Shown: piece after piece, positions 9,216 to 18,784 of the stretch
Layout: every line of letters begins with the position of its first letter
Position numbering within the stretch: the stretch's first letter is position 1
Origin: an uncultured Dehalococcoidaceae bacterium
Lineage (GTDB): Bacteria; Chloroflexota; Dehalococcoidia; Dehalococcoidales; RBG-16-60-22
Length of the DNA: 54,481 nucleotides
Reading direction: 5' to 3'
Assembly (NCBI GenBank): GCA_964462865.1
Contig: CAYWZO010000005.1
Span: forward strand, 1 to 54,481
The notes under the pieces: model-generated
Seen by the model: the letters and a program-made list of their open reading frames with translations, nothing else
The model's database searches: none
Told to the model about the DNA's origin: nothing
Made by a program: the position numbers and the translations under genes

Positions 9216-10496
9216 ATGAAGAAAGTAATGTTGTTAATCCTGACCGCCGTTCTCCTGTTAGCGGTGGTGGCCTGCAACCAGGCGGCGACGGCGGCGGAGG
9301 TGAAATCAAATATACCGCACGAAACGGCGCCGGCGACCAGTCCATCAGATTTAACCACTCTTGTCAACGGCAATAACGCTTTTGCCCTTAATCTTTACAA
9401 GCTATTGAGTAAAACCGACGGCAATATCTTTTATTCGCCGTACAGCATCTCGGAAGCCCTGGCGATGACCTACGGCGGCGCCCGCGGCGAGACCGAAAAG
9501 CAGATGGCTTCGGCGCTTCAGTTCCTGCTTTCGCAGGACAGGCTGCATCCTGCCTTTAACAGCATCGATATTGAGCTGGCGAAAAGGGGGGAGGTGGCTA
9601 AAGAGGGCAAGGACGAGAAAGGGTTCCGACTGAAAGTGGTCAACGCTATCTGGGGGCAGAAGGACTTTAAATTCGCCTCGGAGTACCTGGACTTGCTGGC
9701 CCGGAACTACGGGGCGGGGATGCGGATAGTCGATTATATCAACGCCGCCGAAAAGGCCCGGCAGACCATCAATCAGTGGGTCAGCGACCAGACCGAAGGC
9801 AGGATTGAAGACCTGCTGCCGCCGGGCTCCGTCGATTTCCTGACTAGGCTGGTGCTGACCAACGCCGTTTACTTCAACGCGGCCTGGGCCTCACAGTTTG
9901 AGGAGTCCGTTACTCGCGACGGCCGGTTCTATCTCCTGGACGGCGGTGAGGTCACCGTACCGATGATGTTCCAGATGAAATCGTTTAAATATGCCGAAGG
10001 CGCTGATTATCAGGCCGTGGAACTCCCTTACGATGGCTACCAGCTCTCCATGGTGGTCCTGCTGCCCAAGAATGGTCAATTCGAAGCTTTTGAAGCTAGC
10101 TTGGACAACCAGCAGTTGCAGGGGATAATCGGGCAGCTAAAGCCAAACCATGTCAATCTGACTATGCCCAGGTTCCAGATTGAGTCCGAGTTCAATCTGA
10201 AGCAGGCGCTCTCCGACCTGGGGATGCCGATAGCTTTCTCTGACTCCGAAGCGGATTTCTCCGGCATGGACGGCCGGCGAGACCTGTATATCACCGATGT
10301 CGTCCATAAGGCTTATGTCTCGGTGGATGAAAAGGGGACGGAGGCCGCCGCCGCTACCGGCGTAATCGTGGGGACGACCTCTATGCCGACGAATATCAAA
10401 GACATGACGCTGAACCGCCCTTACATCTTCCTTATCCGTGATATCCCCACCGGCACCATTCTCTTTCTGGGAAGGGTGATGAATCCGGTAGATTGA
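9216..10496 (+). CDS. Serpin family protein, predicted lipoprotein
   Basis: YSPYSIS, LTNAVYFNA, DEKGTEAAAATG hinge, NRPYIFLI, LFLGRV; signal peptide ending LAVVA-C; ATG 9216 after a GGAGG RBS. Confidence 0.95.
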   Translation: MKKVMLLILTAVLLLAVVACNQAATAAEVKSNIPHETAPATSPSDLTTLVNGNNAFALNLYKLLSKTDGNIFYSPYSISEALAMTYGGARGETEKQMASALQFLLSQDRLHPAFNSIDIELAKRGEVAKEGKDEKGFRLKVVNAIWGQKDFKFASEYLDLLARNYGAGMRIVDYINAAEKARQTINQWVSDQTEGRIEDLLPPGSVDFLTRLVLTNAVYFNAAWASQFEESVTRDGRFYLLDGGEVTVPMMFQMKSFKYAEGADYQAVELPYDGYQLSMVVLLPKNGQFEAFEASLDNQQLQGIIGQLKPNHVNLTMPRFQIESEFNLKQALSDLGMPIAFSDSEADFSGMDGRRDLYITDVVHKAYVSVDEKGTEAAAATGVIVGTTSMPTNIKDMTLNRPYIFLIRDIPTGTILFLGRVMNPVD

Positions 10497-10527
10497 CAGC
10501 CTTTGAAATAATGAGGGCATGCCAGTA

Positions 10528-10562
10528 AAAAGGGGCGGGCCGTAAGGCTCGCCCCTTTATTT
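10528..10562. terminator. Bidirectional intrinsic terminator between serpin and MarR
   Basis: AAAAGGGGCGGGCC-GTAA-GGCTCGCCCCTTTATTT hairpin flanked by A and T tracts between convergent genes. Confidence 0.8.
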
Positions 10563-10620
10563 GAAATATCTGTTATGCCCTGTCAGGTTGGGGGTGTTTT
10601 TCTCCAGCGTCTTAAGAATA

Positions 10621-11106
10621 TTATAAAAATGGCGGCTTGTAGTCCAGCCCCAACATTGAATGGACTTTTTTATATAGTTTTTCCAGGGAAGAGACGAGTA
10701 ATCTTTTTTCTTCATTGGATAATGAAGAGAAGGCCATGGTGATGGAATTTGTCGGCATCTTCTCGAACATATCACGCCCTTTTTCGGTTATCGATATTTG
10801 ATACTGTCTGGTTTCGGGTGTTTTGGCCCTGGCGACCAATTGGTTTCTTTCCATTCTCTTGATGATAGTGGATACGGAATTATGTTTTCTTAACACGTGA
10901 GTGGCTATTTCACTCATTGTCAGAGAACGGCCTGCTTCGTACATAATGCGGAGGATGTGGGATTGTTCACGGGTCAGGCCGTACCGGGTTAATTCCATCG
11001 TGCGAGCCCTGGCGATATACTCCATGGTATCGGCAAATAGTCCCCATATGGAGTAATCGTTTAATAAGCTCTCATTAAGAACATCAGTTTTTTGTTTCAT
11101 TCTCAC
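10621..11106 (-). CDS. MarR family transcriptional regulator
   Basis: YGLTREQSHIL, SLTMSEIA...VSTIIKRMERNQLVAR, ISITEKG winged HTH; start may be ATG 11100. Confidence 0.88.
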   Translation of the reverse strand: MRMKQKTDVLNESLLNDYSIWGLFADTMEYIARARTMELTRYGLTREQSHILRIMYEAGRSLTMSEIATHVLRKHNSVSTIIKRMERNQLVARAKTPETRQYQISITEKGRDMFEKMPTNSITMAFSSLSNEEKRLLVSSLEKLYKKVHSMLGLDYKPPFL

Positions 11107-11197
11107 TCTCCTTGACGGGAGCGTATATCAACAGTTCTTTGGGCAATCAAAATTTCAACGTTGCTTCGTATCAAGAATAATACTTCCGTACAATTAT

Positions 11198-11206
11198 ATT
11201 ATATCA
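11198..11206 (-). promoter_or_regulatory. Extended -10 promoter for MarR
   Basis: Minus strand TGaTATAAT in the AT-rich gap upstream of MarR. Confidence 0.5.
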
Positions 11207-11321
11207 AAAAATGCCCAGTTTCTTAAGAGGCTTTTGTTACTCACCTAAAAAACTTTCTTGGTCGTTCTTTCTATCGCTCCGTCCCATATGATTCGGTTTG
11301 AGGTGTTAACCTGTTTTCTCA

Positions 11322-12536
11322 TCAATTAATGATGCGTTTTTCTTTAAGTTTTTTGATTTCCTCATCGGAATAGCCTAATTCCCGGACAACGTCCTCCGTA
11401 TTCTCCCCGAAACGCGGTGCCGGGAGTTTAGCTTTCTCGTTGGTCAGGCTAAGCTTGACAGGATTGGACATTACCCTGATTTGACCATGTTTAGGATGAT
11501 TAAGAGGTGAGAAATGGTTGTTTGCTTCAGCCTGGGGGTCTTTAACCACTTCCGGGAGCGTCTGTATCGGGGCCCAGGGGAACCCCACTTCGGTCAGGAG
11601 AGGTTTCCATTCCTCCAGAGTTCTGGTAGGGAATGTCTGCTCTAAAGCGTCAAAAAGGGCCCCCACGTCGTGTTTTTCCGGCTGGCATGGATTCAACTTG
11701 GCATCATTTTCCCAATCCTCATGTCCCAGAGCGCGGCAGAACCTGGGCCAGTAAACGTCCTGCCGGGACATCATCAGGTACAGCCACCGGTTGTCTTTAG
11801 TACGGTAGATGTTCAATAGCGGTGTGCCGCGGTCTTTTCTGGATATAGCCTGCCTGTCTTTACCGGTGACCAGTGTCCCGGCGATATCGCTGGAAAGTAC
11901 GAAGACCAGACTGTTGAAGAGCGACACGTCAACTTCCTGGGCAATTCCGGTCTTCTCGCGGATTAGTAACGCTGTCATGATACCGTAGGCCAGTGTTACT
12001 CCGGTGATGAAATCCGCATAGGCGATTGGCGTCTGTACGGGCTCTGACCCAGGGACCTGGAGGATGTGGAGCAGCCCTGACCGGGAATCGCCGGCGGTAG
12101 GACCGAAACCAGGCTCATCTTTGTTCGGCCCTTTCCTCCCGAAGCCCGTCAGATTGCCGCAGATTAGCCTCGGATTGATTTTTTGCAGCGTTTTGTATTC
12201 CAGTTTGAACTTTTCCAGCTCGCGCGGGCGGAAATTATTCAGGAAAACATCAGCGCCTTCGAGCAGTTTGTAAAGGATAGCCCGTCCTTCTTCCTGGGCC
12301 AGGTCAAGGGCGATGCCGCGCTTATTGCAGTTAATATTTTGTTCCAGATAGTCAAAGTCCGCAGTTATCCTCCGCACATCACGTGTAGCGGGTGGCCGGT
12401 GCATCAAGCCTCCCCTGGTCGTCTGGTCAATATGGATGACCTCCGCTCCCCAGTCCGCCAGGAGACGGCCGACCATGGGAATAGCTACCGCGGAAGCCGC
12501 TTCAATTACTTTGATGCCTTCAATACCTGAACTCAT
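11322..12536 (-). CDS. Family III (CaiB/BaiF) CoA-transferase
   Basis: LADWGAEVIHI, NCNKRGIALDL, ADVFLNNFRP, YADF catalytic-Asp region, APRFGENT. Confidence 0.93.
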   Translation of the reverse strand: MSSGIEGIKVIEAASAVAIPMVGRLLADWGAEVIHIDQTTRGGLMHRPPATRDVRRITADFDYLEQNINCNKRGIALDLAQEEGRAILYKLLEGADVFLNNFRPRELEKFKLEYKTLQKINPRLICGNLTGFGRKGPNKDEPGFGPTAGDSRSGLLHILQVPGSEPVQTPIAYADFITGVTLAYGIMTALLIREKTGIAQEVDVSLFNSLVFVLSSDIAGTLVTGKDRQAISRKDRGTPLLNIYRTKDNRWLYLMMSRQDVYWPRFCRALGHEDWENDAKLNPCQPEKHDVGALFDALEQTFPTRTLEEWKPLLTEVGFPWAPIQTLPEVVKDPQAEANNHFSPLNHPKHGQIRVMSNPVKLSLTNEKAKLPAPRFGENTEDVVRELGYSDEEIKKLKEKRIIN

Positions 12537-12579
12537 TTCTCATTTCCTCCTTCTTAATATTAACCCGTCCGTGTTTAGC

Positions 12580-13392
12580 TTATTCTGCGGATGTGCGGCC
12601 TGTTCCCGGATACAGCTTTTGTGCTATCAGGGCCGCTCCGGTAGCGCCGACAATCTGCGGCTCGAAGCAGATGTGTGCCTTGGTGCCCAGCTTGTCTTCA
12701 ATCCTTCGTACCACTCCGATATTTTTCGCAATTCCCCCCGAGATTACCAGGTCATCTTTAACCCCGGTTCGCTGGAGTAACAGGAGTATCCGCTGCACCA
12801 GGGCGTCGCAATAAGCTGCCAGGACGACGTTTCTCGGCAGGCCGCGCCGCAGCATCCGGAGGGCTTCCGATTTAGCGAAGACCACGCAGGCGCTGCCCAA
12901 TTGCGGCGGCTTTTCCTGAACATCGAGTGACATCGGGCCGATGTCTTCAAGACGTACGTCAAGCAGCTTGGCCATGACCTCCATGGACCGGCCCGTGCCC
13001 GCCGCGCATTTTTCGTTCATAACGAAGGAGGTAACTCTCCCGTTTTCATCGCAGCTCACGGCTTTACAGTCCTGCCCGCCCATGTCCAGCACCGTTCGTG
13101 CCCCGGGGAAGAAGTAATGGGCGCCGCGAGCGTGGCAGGTAATCTCCGTCACGTTTTTACTGGCATACGGTACCTGGTAGCGGCCGTATCCCGTCCCCAC
13201 CACGTATTTGATATCGTCCCGGGAAATATCGATTCCCTGTAACGCCAGGTCGAGTACCTTGTAAGACGTTTCTTTTTTATCAATCCCTACGTTTATATTA
13301 CTGAACGAGAGGATAGTGCCGTTTTTTAATATGACCGCCTGGGCGCTCGACGAGCCGACGTCGATACCGGCCGTAATTAATTCGTGTTTCAT
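12580..13392 (-). CDS. ASKHA ATPase activase, benzoyl-CoA reductase BzdQ-like
   Basis: GIDVGS, GTGYGR, TEITCHARGA, LDMGGQDCKA, MNEKCAAGTG, CVVFAKSE. Confidence 0.88.
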   Translation of the reverse strand: MKHELITAGIDVGSSSAQAVILKNGTILSFSNINVGIDKKETSYKVLDLALQGIDISRDDIKYVVGTGYGRYQVPYASKNVTEITCHARGAHYFFPGARTVLDMGGQDCKAVSCDENGRVTSFVMNEKCAAGTGRSMEVMAKLLDVRLEDIGPMSLDVQEKPPQLGSACVVFAKSEALRMLRRGLPRNVVLAAYCDALVQRILLLLQRTGVKDDLVISGGIAKNIGVVRRIEDKLGTKAHICFEPQIVGATGAALIAQKLYPGTGRTSAE

Positions 13393-13406
13393 CTCAAGTC
13401 CTTATG

Positions 13407-14183
13407 CTACAATGTCTGTTTATCACGGGCGGTCAGGGCCGCCCCGATAGCGGTGATGATGCGCGGCTCTTCGGGAACGATAACGGCCAGGCCGAGCTTT
13501 TGCCCCAGCAAATCGACGATGCTTGGGTTCCGGGCCACTCCCCCGATGAACAGGATATCTTTTTCAATCCTTAATTCCTGCAACAGCGAGGCCGCCTTGG
13601 CGGCGATGGCATCGCATACCGCCCGGGCGATATCGTCTTTATGGGATCCTTCGTTTATTAAGGAAATAACCTCGGATTCGGCGAAAATCGTGCAGGTGCT
13701 GTTCAGGGTTATCTTGTTTTTGGAGAGGAGTGAGGCCCGGCTGATGTCTGCCGCGGATAACTCCAGGATAGAGGCCATCTCGGTGATGAAAGCGCCGGCG
13801 CCGGCCGCGCACTGGTCGTTGCGGACGTACTGTAAAATCCGGCCCTCGCCGTCAAGCACCATGGCCTGGCTCTGCTCTGCACCGATGTCGATGACCGTCC
13901 TCGTCCCCGGGAAAAGCCATACCGCCCCTCTGGCGCTGCAGGTGGATTCCGTGGTATGGACGGTAGCCAGGGTAGCGCTTTCTTTCCCCATGCCGGTGGC
14001 CCCGACGTGAGTGATTTTCCCGGGGTCCAGGCAGGCTTTTTCGACTGCCTCATCGAAGGCGTTCTGTAACGATGCCTGCGTATCCCAGCCGCTGGGGACC
14101 ACGCTGTAAGCCAGCAGGCGGTCACCTTCGATAACCGCTACCTTGGTGTTTTCGGCACCTATATCTATTCCGGTACTTAACAT
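13407..14183 (-). CDS. ASKHA ATPase activase, benzoyl-CoA reductase BzdP-like
   Basis: GIDIGA, IDIGAEQ, RNDQCAAGAG, CTIFAESE; DIGAE variant as recalled for BzdP. Confidence 0.85.
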   Translation of the reverse strand: MLSTGIDIGAENTKVAVIEGDRLLAYSVVPSGWDTQASLQNAFDEAVEKACLDPGKITHVGATGMGKESATLATVHTTESTCSARGAVWLFPGTRTVIDIGAEQSQAMVLDGEGRILQYVRNDQCAAGAGAFITEMASILELSAADISRASLLSKNKITLNSTCTIFAESEVISLINEGSHKDDIARAVCDAIAAKAASLLQELRIEKDILFIGGVARNPSIVDLLGQKLGLAVIVPEEPRIITAIGAALTARDKQTL

Positions 14184-14219
14184 AATTATCCCCGGATTAC
14201 ATTATCGGCGGGATAAGGC

Positions 14220-15563
14220 TTACCCCTCCGTATCACTGTCTTTTTCATCGAGTGAGCTGATTTTCGTCAGGCCGAGACTCTCGAAGAAACGGCTGAAATC
14301 TTCTCTCACGCGGGCCTCATTCCATTCCTTGGGGTCGCCTTCGCTGGCCTCGTAGGTAGCCAGCGGTATGCCCGCCGCGCGGATGTCCTGTATTCTCGTG
14401 TAAATCCCCTGGCAAAGGGCGGCACAGCGGCGCGCCAGGTGCATCATAATGCCGTCAATATGCCAGTCCTCGACCATACGCAGAAAGTGAAGGAGTCGCC
14501 ACTCCGGCGCATCGAAGTCCACGCCATCCTCTTCGGGCGGGTAACGTTGCTCCACCAGCGCCTGCAGGGCGTCCTCCCGGTTTTTCAGTTCAATCCCTCG
14601 CTCTTCCAGTGTCTGGCCCGGCATCCGGTGGCCATCGGCGGTATGGCGGAAAGTCCCGAAGGCCATCATGAATTCGCCCTGGTTGAAGGCGGCGCCGTAC
14701 TCTTCTGGCCACCGCAGCAGGTCCGGCCGGTACAGGGGGTGCAGGCCTTCGTGGGCCAAACGCTTTTTCTCGAAAGGCGCCCCGGATATTTTGTCTTTCA
14801 CGCGCTGCTGAATCTCGTGGTAGAGACTTTCCATGTATTCCGCCGTCCCCCGGCTGTAGGCGTAGGTGACGAGGGGCAGGCGCAATGACATGGCCTGCCG
14901 GTAGCTCATCGGCGCGGGAATAGCCTTCATCAGCTCGCAGATTTTAGCCCACAACACCCGGGAGCGGATATCATATTTGGTAGCCTCGATGAAACGTTCG
15001 TCGTCAAACTTGAGCTTGGTGCGTTTTTCAATCCACTCGATAACGTAGGAGAGCTGGGAAAGGAGATAATTACGGGTGTTGGCGGTATTTTTGGGCGGCG
15101 CCTCGATGACGAGCATGGGCAGGCCCAGTAAATCGGCGCATATCTGCCCTCCCTTATACTGCGCGTGGCAGCCCTGGGGCTGGAAAACAAAATCGGGCAT
15201 CATCTGCTTGCCTGATGAACCCCCGAACGAGGTCCCGGCGTACACCTGCCCCAGATGCGCCGCGATGGCCCCGCAGACCGGGGTCAAACCGCTGCCTTCC
15301 GCCAGGTTAACGAACTTTACCAGTCCTTCCGACCCGGCTCCCTCCCGTGCGATTCGTGTGAAATCCGTACCGGGTGAAGGATTGCCGAAATTACCGAAAC
15401 CGGCCAGCAGGGGAAGATATCCCCAGGCGAAACCGGTGACGCAGAGCCCGCCCTTGGTCTGGGCTTCAAAGGACAGCTTGTAACGCTCCCTCCGGAGCTC
15501 TTTCATCCGCATCCATACTTCGTCAGAAAAGGCCCTTGTCTCAAAATCCGGCTTTGTTTCCAT
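14220..15563 (-). CDS. 2-hydroxyacyl-CoA dehydratase family subunit, divergent BzdO-like
   Basis: 447 aa; PVCG, QGCH, WHIDGIMMHLARRC, YEASEGDP; lies between the N-like and P-like genes. Confidence 0.78.
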   Translation of the reverse strand: METKPDFETRAFSDEVWMRMKELRRERYKLSFEAQTKGGLCVTGFAWGYLPLLAGFGNFGNPSPGTDFTRIAREGAGSEGLVKFVNLAEGSGLTPVCGAIAAHLGQVYAGTSFGGSSGKQMMPDFVFQPQGCHAQYKGGQICADLLGLPMLVIEAPPKNTANTRNYLLSQLSYVIEWIEKRTKLKFDDERFIEATKYDIRSRVLWAKICELMKAIPAPMSYRQAMSLRLPLVTYAYSRGTAEYMESLYHEIQQRVKDKISGAPFEKKRLAHEGLHPLYRPDLLRWPEEYGAAFNQGEFMMAFGTFRHTADGHRMPGQTLEERGIELKNREDALQALVEQRYPPEEDGVDFDAPEWRLLHFLRMVEDWHIDGIMMHLARRCAALCQGIYTRIQDIRAAGIPLATYEASEGDPKEWNEARVREDFSRFFESLGLTKISSLDEKDSDTEG

Positions 15564-15607
15564 ATCATTACTTCCTTTGCTAACAGGTGATTAGCCTGGC
15601 TGTTATT

Positions 15608-16732
15608 TCATATGGCCGTGAGCATTTCCAGGAAAGCCTCGATGCGGGTACGGAATTGGCCCACGGGCACGGTGTAGTCCAGTTCGAGCTTGAGCATGGG
15701 GACGCCCTTTTCCTTGAAAAAAGATTCTACAGCCGGGTAGTCCAGGCCGTGGGCGTCGCATTGCCGCTGCATGGTGTAGATGGCCCCCTGGACTTTATAA
15801 TCGTTGATGAGCCTGGCATAGTGGTTGAGCCGCCACCTTTCTGGCAAATCATGCAAAGGGCATGGTGGCTTGTCAACCAGCCGGGCGGCGATGGCAGCCA
15901 GCCGGTCATCTTCCGGGACAACCTCCGTCTGGTAATAGCGGTTGCCCGTGCAGTAATCGTCGATGACCACCCGGCCCCCCAGGGAATCGATGAACCGGAT
16001 AAGTTCGATGTTATTGTTCACGCTGCCGAGGAGCATGAGCCTGGGGCCTTGCCGGGCTACACCGGCACGTTGCGGGATTTCTTTTATAGCTGCTTCGAGG
16101 AGGTGGTTGTGCTCTTCCCGGTCCATGAGCATCCCGGCCAGGGTTATTTCGGCCACCTCCGCCTCGGTCAGCGGCGGGGTGTCAGCTTGCATCGTGGCGG
16201 TAATTTTAGCCACCAGCTGGCGGTTCAGATTGTAGATATTTATTGCCCTGTCAATAGCCTCGCCGGTGATTGGCTTCCCCGTCCATTTCTCCAGCGATGC
16301 CTGGCACTCTACCAGCTCCCGGGCAAGGTACTCCTTGGCATACGGATTCTGCAGGCACATCGGCGAATGAATTTCATAACTATAGGCCACGGGTACGTGA
16401 CGCTGCCAGTCCAGGAATACCTCCCGGGCGTGCGGGCAGCATTGTGAGAAAATGATACCATCAATGTAGTCGTAACGACCCTGGAGGGCCTGCGCGAAGC
16501 AATCGCGGGCAAAGGAGCAAAAGGCCGCCTGAAAGATGTACGGCCGGGTGATATTCTCCGGTTCGTTGGTCCCCAGGAGGCGGACCGGAAGGATACCGGC
16601 AGCATAAATCAGTTCTTCCGGCAGGTTCGAGCACAGCGCCCCGATGACTCTGCCGCCCGTTTTCGATTTCCAGTCTCGCGCGGACTGGTGGGGATTCGTC
16701 ACGATAGCGTGAAATTCATCGAAAATACTCAT
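15608..16732 (-). CDS. 2-hydroxyacyl-CoA dehydratase family subunit, BzdN-like
   Basis: WKSKTGGRVIG, PEELIYAAGILPVR, FCSFARD, DDYCTGNRY, QRQCDAHGLD. Confidence 0.87.
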   Translation of the reverse strand: MSIFDEFHAIVTNPHQSARDWKSKTGGRVIGALCSNLPEELIYAAGILPVRLLGTNEPENITRPYIFQAAFCSFARDCFAQALQGRYDYIDGIIFSQCCPHAREVFLDWQRHVPVAYSYEIHSPMCLQNPYAKEYLARELVECQASLEKWTGKPITGEAIDRAINIYNLNRQLVAKITATMQADTPPLTEAEVAEITLAGMLMDREEHNHLLEAAIKEIPQRAGVARQGPRLMLLGSVNNNIELIRFIDSLGGRVVIDDYCTGNRYYQTEVVPEDDRLAAIAARLVDKPPCPLHDLPERWRLNHYARLINDYKVQGAIYTMQRQCDAHGLDYPAVESFFKEKGVPMLKLELDYTVPVGQFRTRIEAFLEMLTAI

Positions 16733-16789
16733 ATCATCCCCTCCGGGAACGGCCTGAAAACAGCCTCTTCATTCCCTAAGAAATTCATA

Positions 16790-17785
16790 TTAATTATCCG
16801 CGTTAACCTCTCCGTCCCTGGTAAAAAGTAAACACGCCACAAAATGCCCTGGACTCACTTCTTTCATCGCCGGGGCGGTCTGCGAACAAATCGGCATGGC
16901 GCTGGCGCACCGCGGGTGAAAGGCGCAACCGCCGGGAGGATTAATGGGACTGGGCACCTCACCGGGGAGGATATTCCTGGTCCTCTTGGCATCCGGGTTA
17001 TCGGGCAGGCTGGCAGCCAGCAGGGCCTTGGTGTAGGGGTGCAGCGGGTTACGGCTTAACTCCCGGCTGGTGGTGTTTTCCACGATTTTTCCCAGGTACA
17101 TCACGCTGATCCGGTGGCTCATGTATTTGACCGTGGCCAGGTCATGGGCGATAAATAGGTAGCTGATACCCATATTGTTTTGCAGGTCTTTGAGGATGTT
17201 CATCAATTGCGCGCGGATGGAAACATCCTGCGAAGATACCGGCTCGTCAAGGATAATAAGACGTGGATTGGATACCAGTGCCCTGGCGATGGCAATCCTC
17301 TGCCTTTGCCCGCCGCTGAATTCATGGGGGTATTTACGGGCATCGTTGGGGTCCAGGCCGGCCGCCAGCAGCGCTGCCTCCACCCTGTTCCTGACATCTT
17401 TTTTATCGGTTTTCACGCCGGTGGTAATCGGCTCGCTGATGATGCTGCCAACGTGCATTCTCGGGTCCAGCGAGGAAAGGGGATTTTGAAAGACCGCCTG
17501 GACACTGTGGCGGTATCGCTTGAGGTCTTCTCCGGAAAAACCCCGCAGGTCCTTACCTTTGAATTCGATAAGACCATCGGTCGGTGGCTCCAGCAGAAGC
17601 ACGAGCTTGCTTAAAGTGGTCTTGCCACAGCCTGATTCGCCGAGCAGTCCGAGAGTCTCCCCGTCGCCGATACGTATATCCACCCCGTCAACGGCTTTGA
17701 TCCACCCCAGTGTCTTGGCAAAGAGGAGTCCCTTGGTCACCGGGTAATATTTTTTAACGCCCTTGGTCTCCAGTATCGTTTCCAT
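16790..17785 (-). CDS. Dipeptide/oligopeptide-type ABC transporter ATP-binding subunit (DppF/OppF-like)
   Basis: GESGCGKTT, FSGGQRQRI, ILDEP, HPYT, GCAFHPRC; start ATG 17785 overlaps the upstream TAA. Confidence 0.93.
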   Translation of the reverse strand: METILETKGVKKYYPVTKGLLFAKTLGWIKAVDGVDIRIGDGETLGLLGESGCGKTTLSKLVLLLEPPTDGLIEFKGKDLRGFSGEDLKRYRHSVQAVFQNPLSSLDPRMHVGSIISEPITTGVKTDKKDVRNRVEAALLAAGLDPNDARKYPHEFSGGQRQRIAIARALVSNPRLIILDEPVSSQDVSIRAQLMNILKDLQNNMGISYLFIAHDLATVKYMSHRISVMYLGKIVENTTSRELSRNPLHPYTKALLAASLPDNPDAKRTRNILPGEVPSPINPPGGCAFHPRCASAMPICSQTAPAMKEVSPGHFVACLLFTRDGEVNADN

Positions 17786-18774
17786 TATTGCTGTCCCTGT
17801 GCTTGCCAGCATCTGGCATAATGGTCCGGTCCTACCTGTCTCAAAGGAGGCACTTCGCGGTGGCAGCCCTCGTTGGTCTGGGAACAACGCGGTGCAAAGC
17901 TGCACCCCTCGGGCACCCTGTCGAGCCTGGGCGGCTGTCCCTTGATGGAGACCAGTCTTTCGGTCTCCTTCTCCAGTTTGGGGACTGCCTTGAGTAGAGC
18001 TGCGGTGTACGGATGGACCGGCCGGAAGAAAATGTCCCTTACCGGGGCGGTTTCCACCACCTTGCCGGCGTACATCACGGCCACGCGGTCGCACATCGAA
18101 GCTACAATCCCGAAATCATGGGTAATGAATATCAACGACATCCCGAATTCATCCTGAAGGTCTTTGAGGAGTTGCAGGTATTGTGCCTGGATGGTCACAT
18201 CCAGAGAAGTGGTTGGTTCGTCAGCAATCAGCAAACGCGGGTGACAGGAGATGGATATGGCGCCAACAACCCGCTGCTTCATGCCCCCGCTCATCTGGTG
18301 GGGATAATCGCGGAGGCGTGCCTCGGGAGAGGGTATCTTCACGCGTTTGAGCATGTCAATGATTCTCGATGCGAGGTCTATCTTTTTAACTCGGGTATGC
18401 GTGGTGATGGCCTCGCCTATCTGGTCGCCGATATTGAACACCGGATTCAAGGACGCCATCGGGTCCTGCAAAATCATGGATATTTTTCTCCCGCGGAGCT
18501 TTTGCACCTGCTTTTCCGTCATCTTTAAAATATCTTCACCCTCGAAGAGGATTTGCCCGCCCACGATGTTACCGGCGGGCCGGGGCAATAATCTCAATAT
18601 GGAAAGCGAGGCCACGGTCTTGCCGCACCCTGATTCACCCACAATGCCCAGGGTCTCATTTTCATCAACGTGAAAACTGACTCCATCCACAGCTTTGACC
18701 GTAGAGTACGGTGTAATAAAATAAGATTTCAGGTCAATTACATCTAGCAACCGTTTCCCCAAAATTTCCTCCAC
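17785..18774 (-). CDS. Dipeptide/oligopeptide-type ABC transporter ATP-binding subunit (DppD/OppD-like)
   Basis: GESGCGKT, MSGGMKQR, IADEPTT, HPYT, GCSFAPRC. Confidence 0.93.
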   Translation of the reverse strand: MEEILGKRLLDVIDLKSYFITPYSTVKAVDGVSFHVDENETLGIVGESGCGKTVASLSILRLLPRPAGNIVGGQILFEGEDILKMTEKQVQKLRGRKISMILQDPMASLNPVFNIGDQIGEAITTHTRVKKIDLASRIIDMLKRVKIPSPEARLRDYPHQMSGGMKQRVVGAISISCHPRLLIADEPTTSLDVTIQAQYLQLLKDLQDEFGMSLIFITHDFGIVASMCDRVAVMYAGKVVETAPVRDIFFRPVHPYTAALLKAVPKLEKETERLVSIKGQPPRLDRVPEGCSFAPRCSQTNEGCHREVPPLRQVGPDHYARCWQAQGQQ

Positions 18775-18784
18775 AAGCTTTTTT

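Noticed and set aside
16790-18094. 434-aa version of the ABC ATPase
   Set aside because: The extra 103 codons overlap the upstream ATPase in another frame; the TAATG-coupled start at 17785 fits better.
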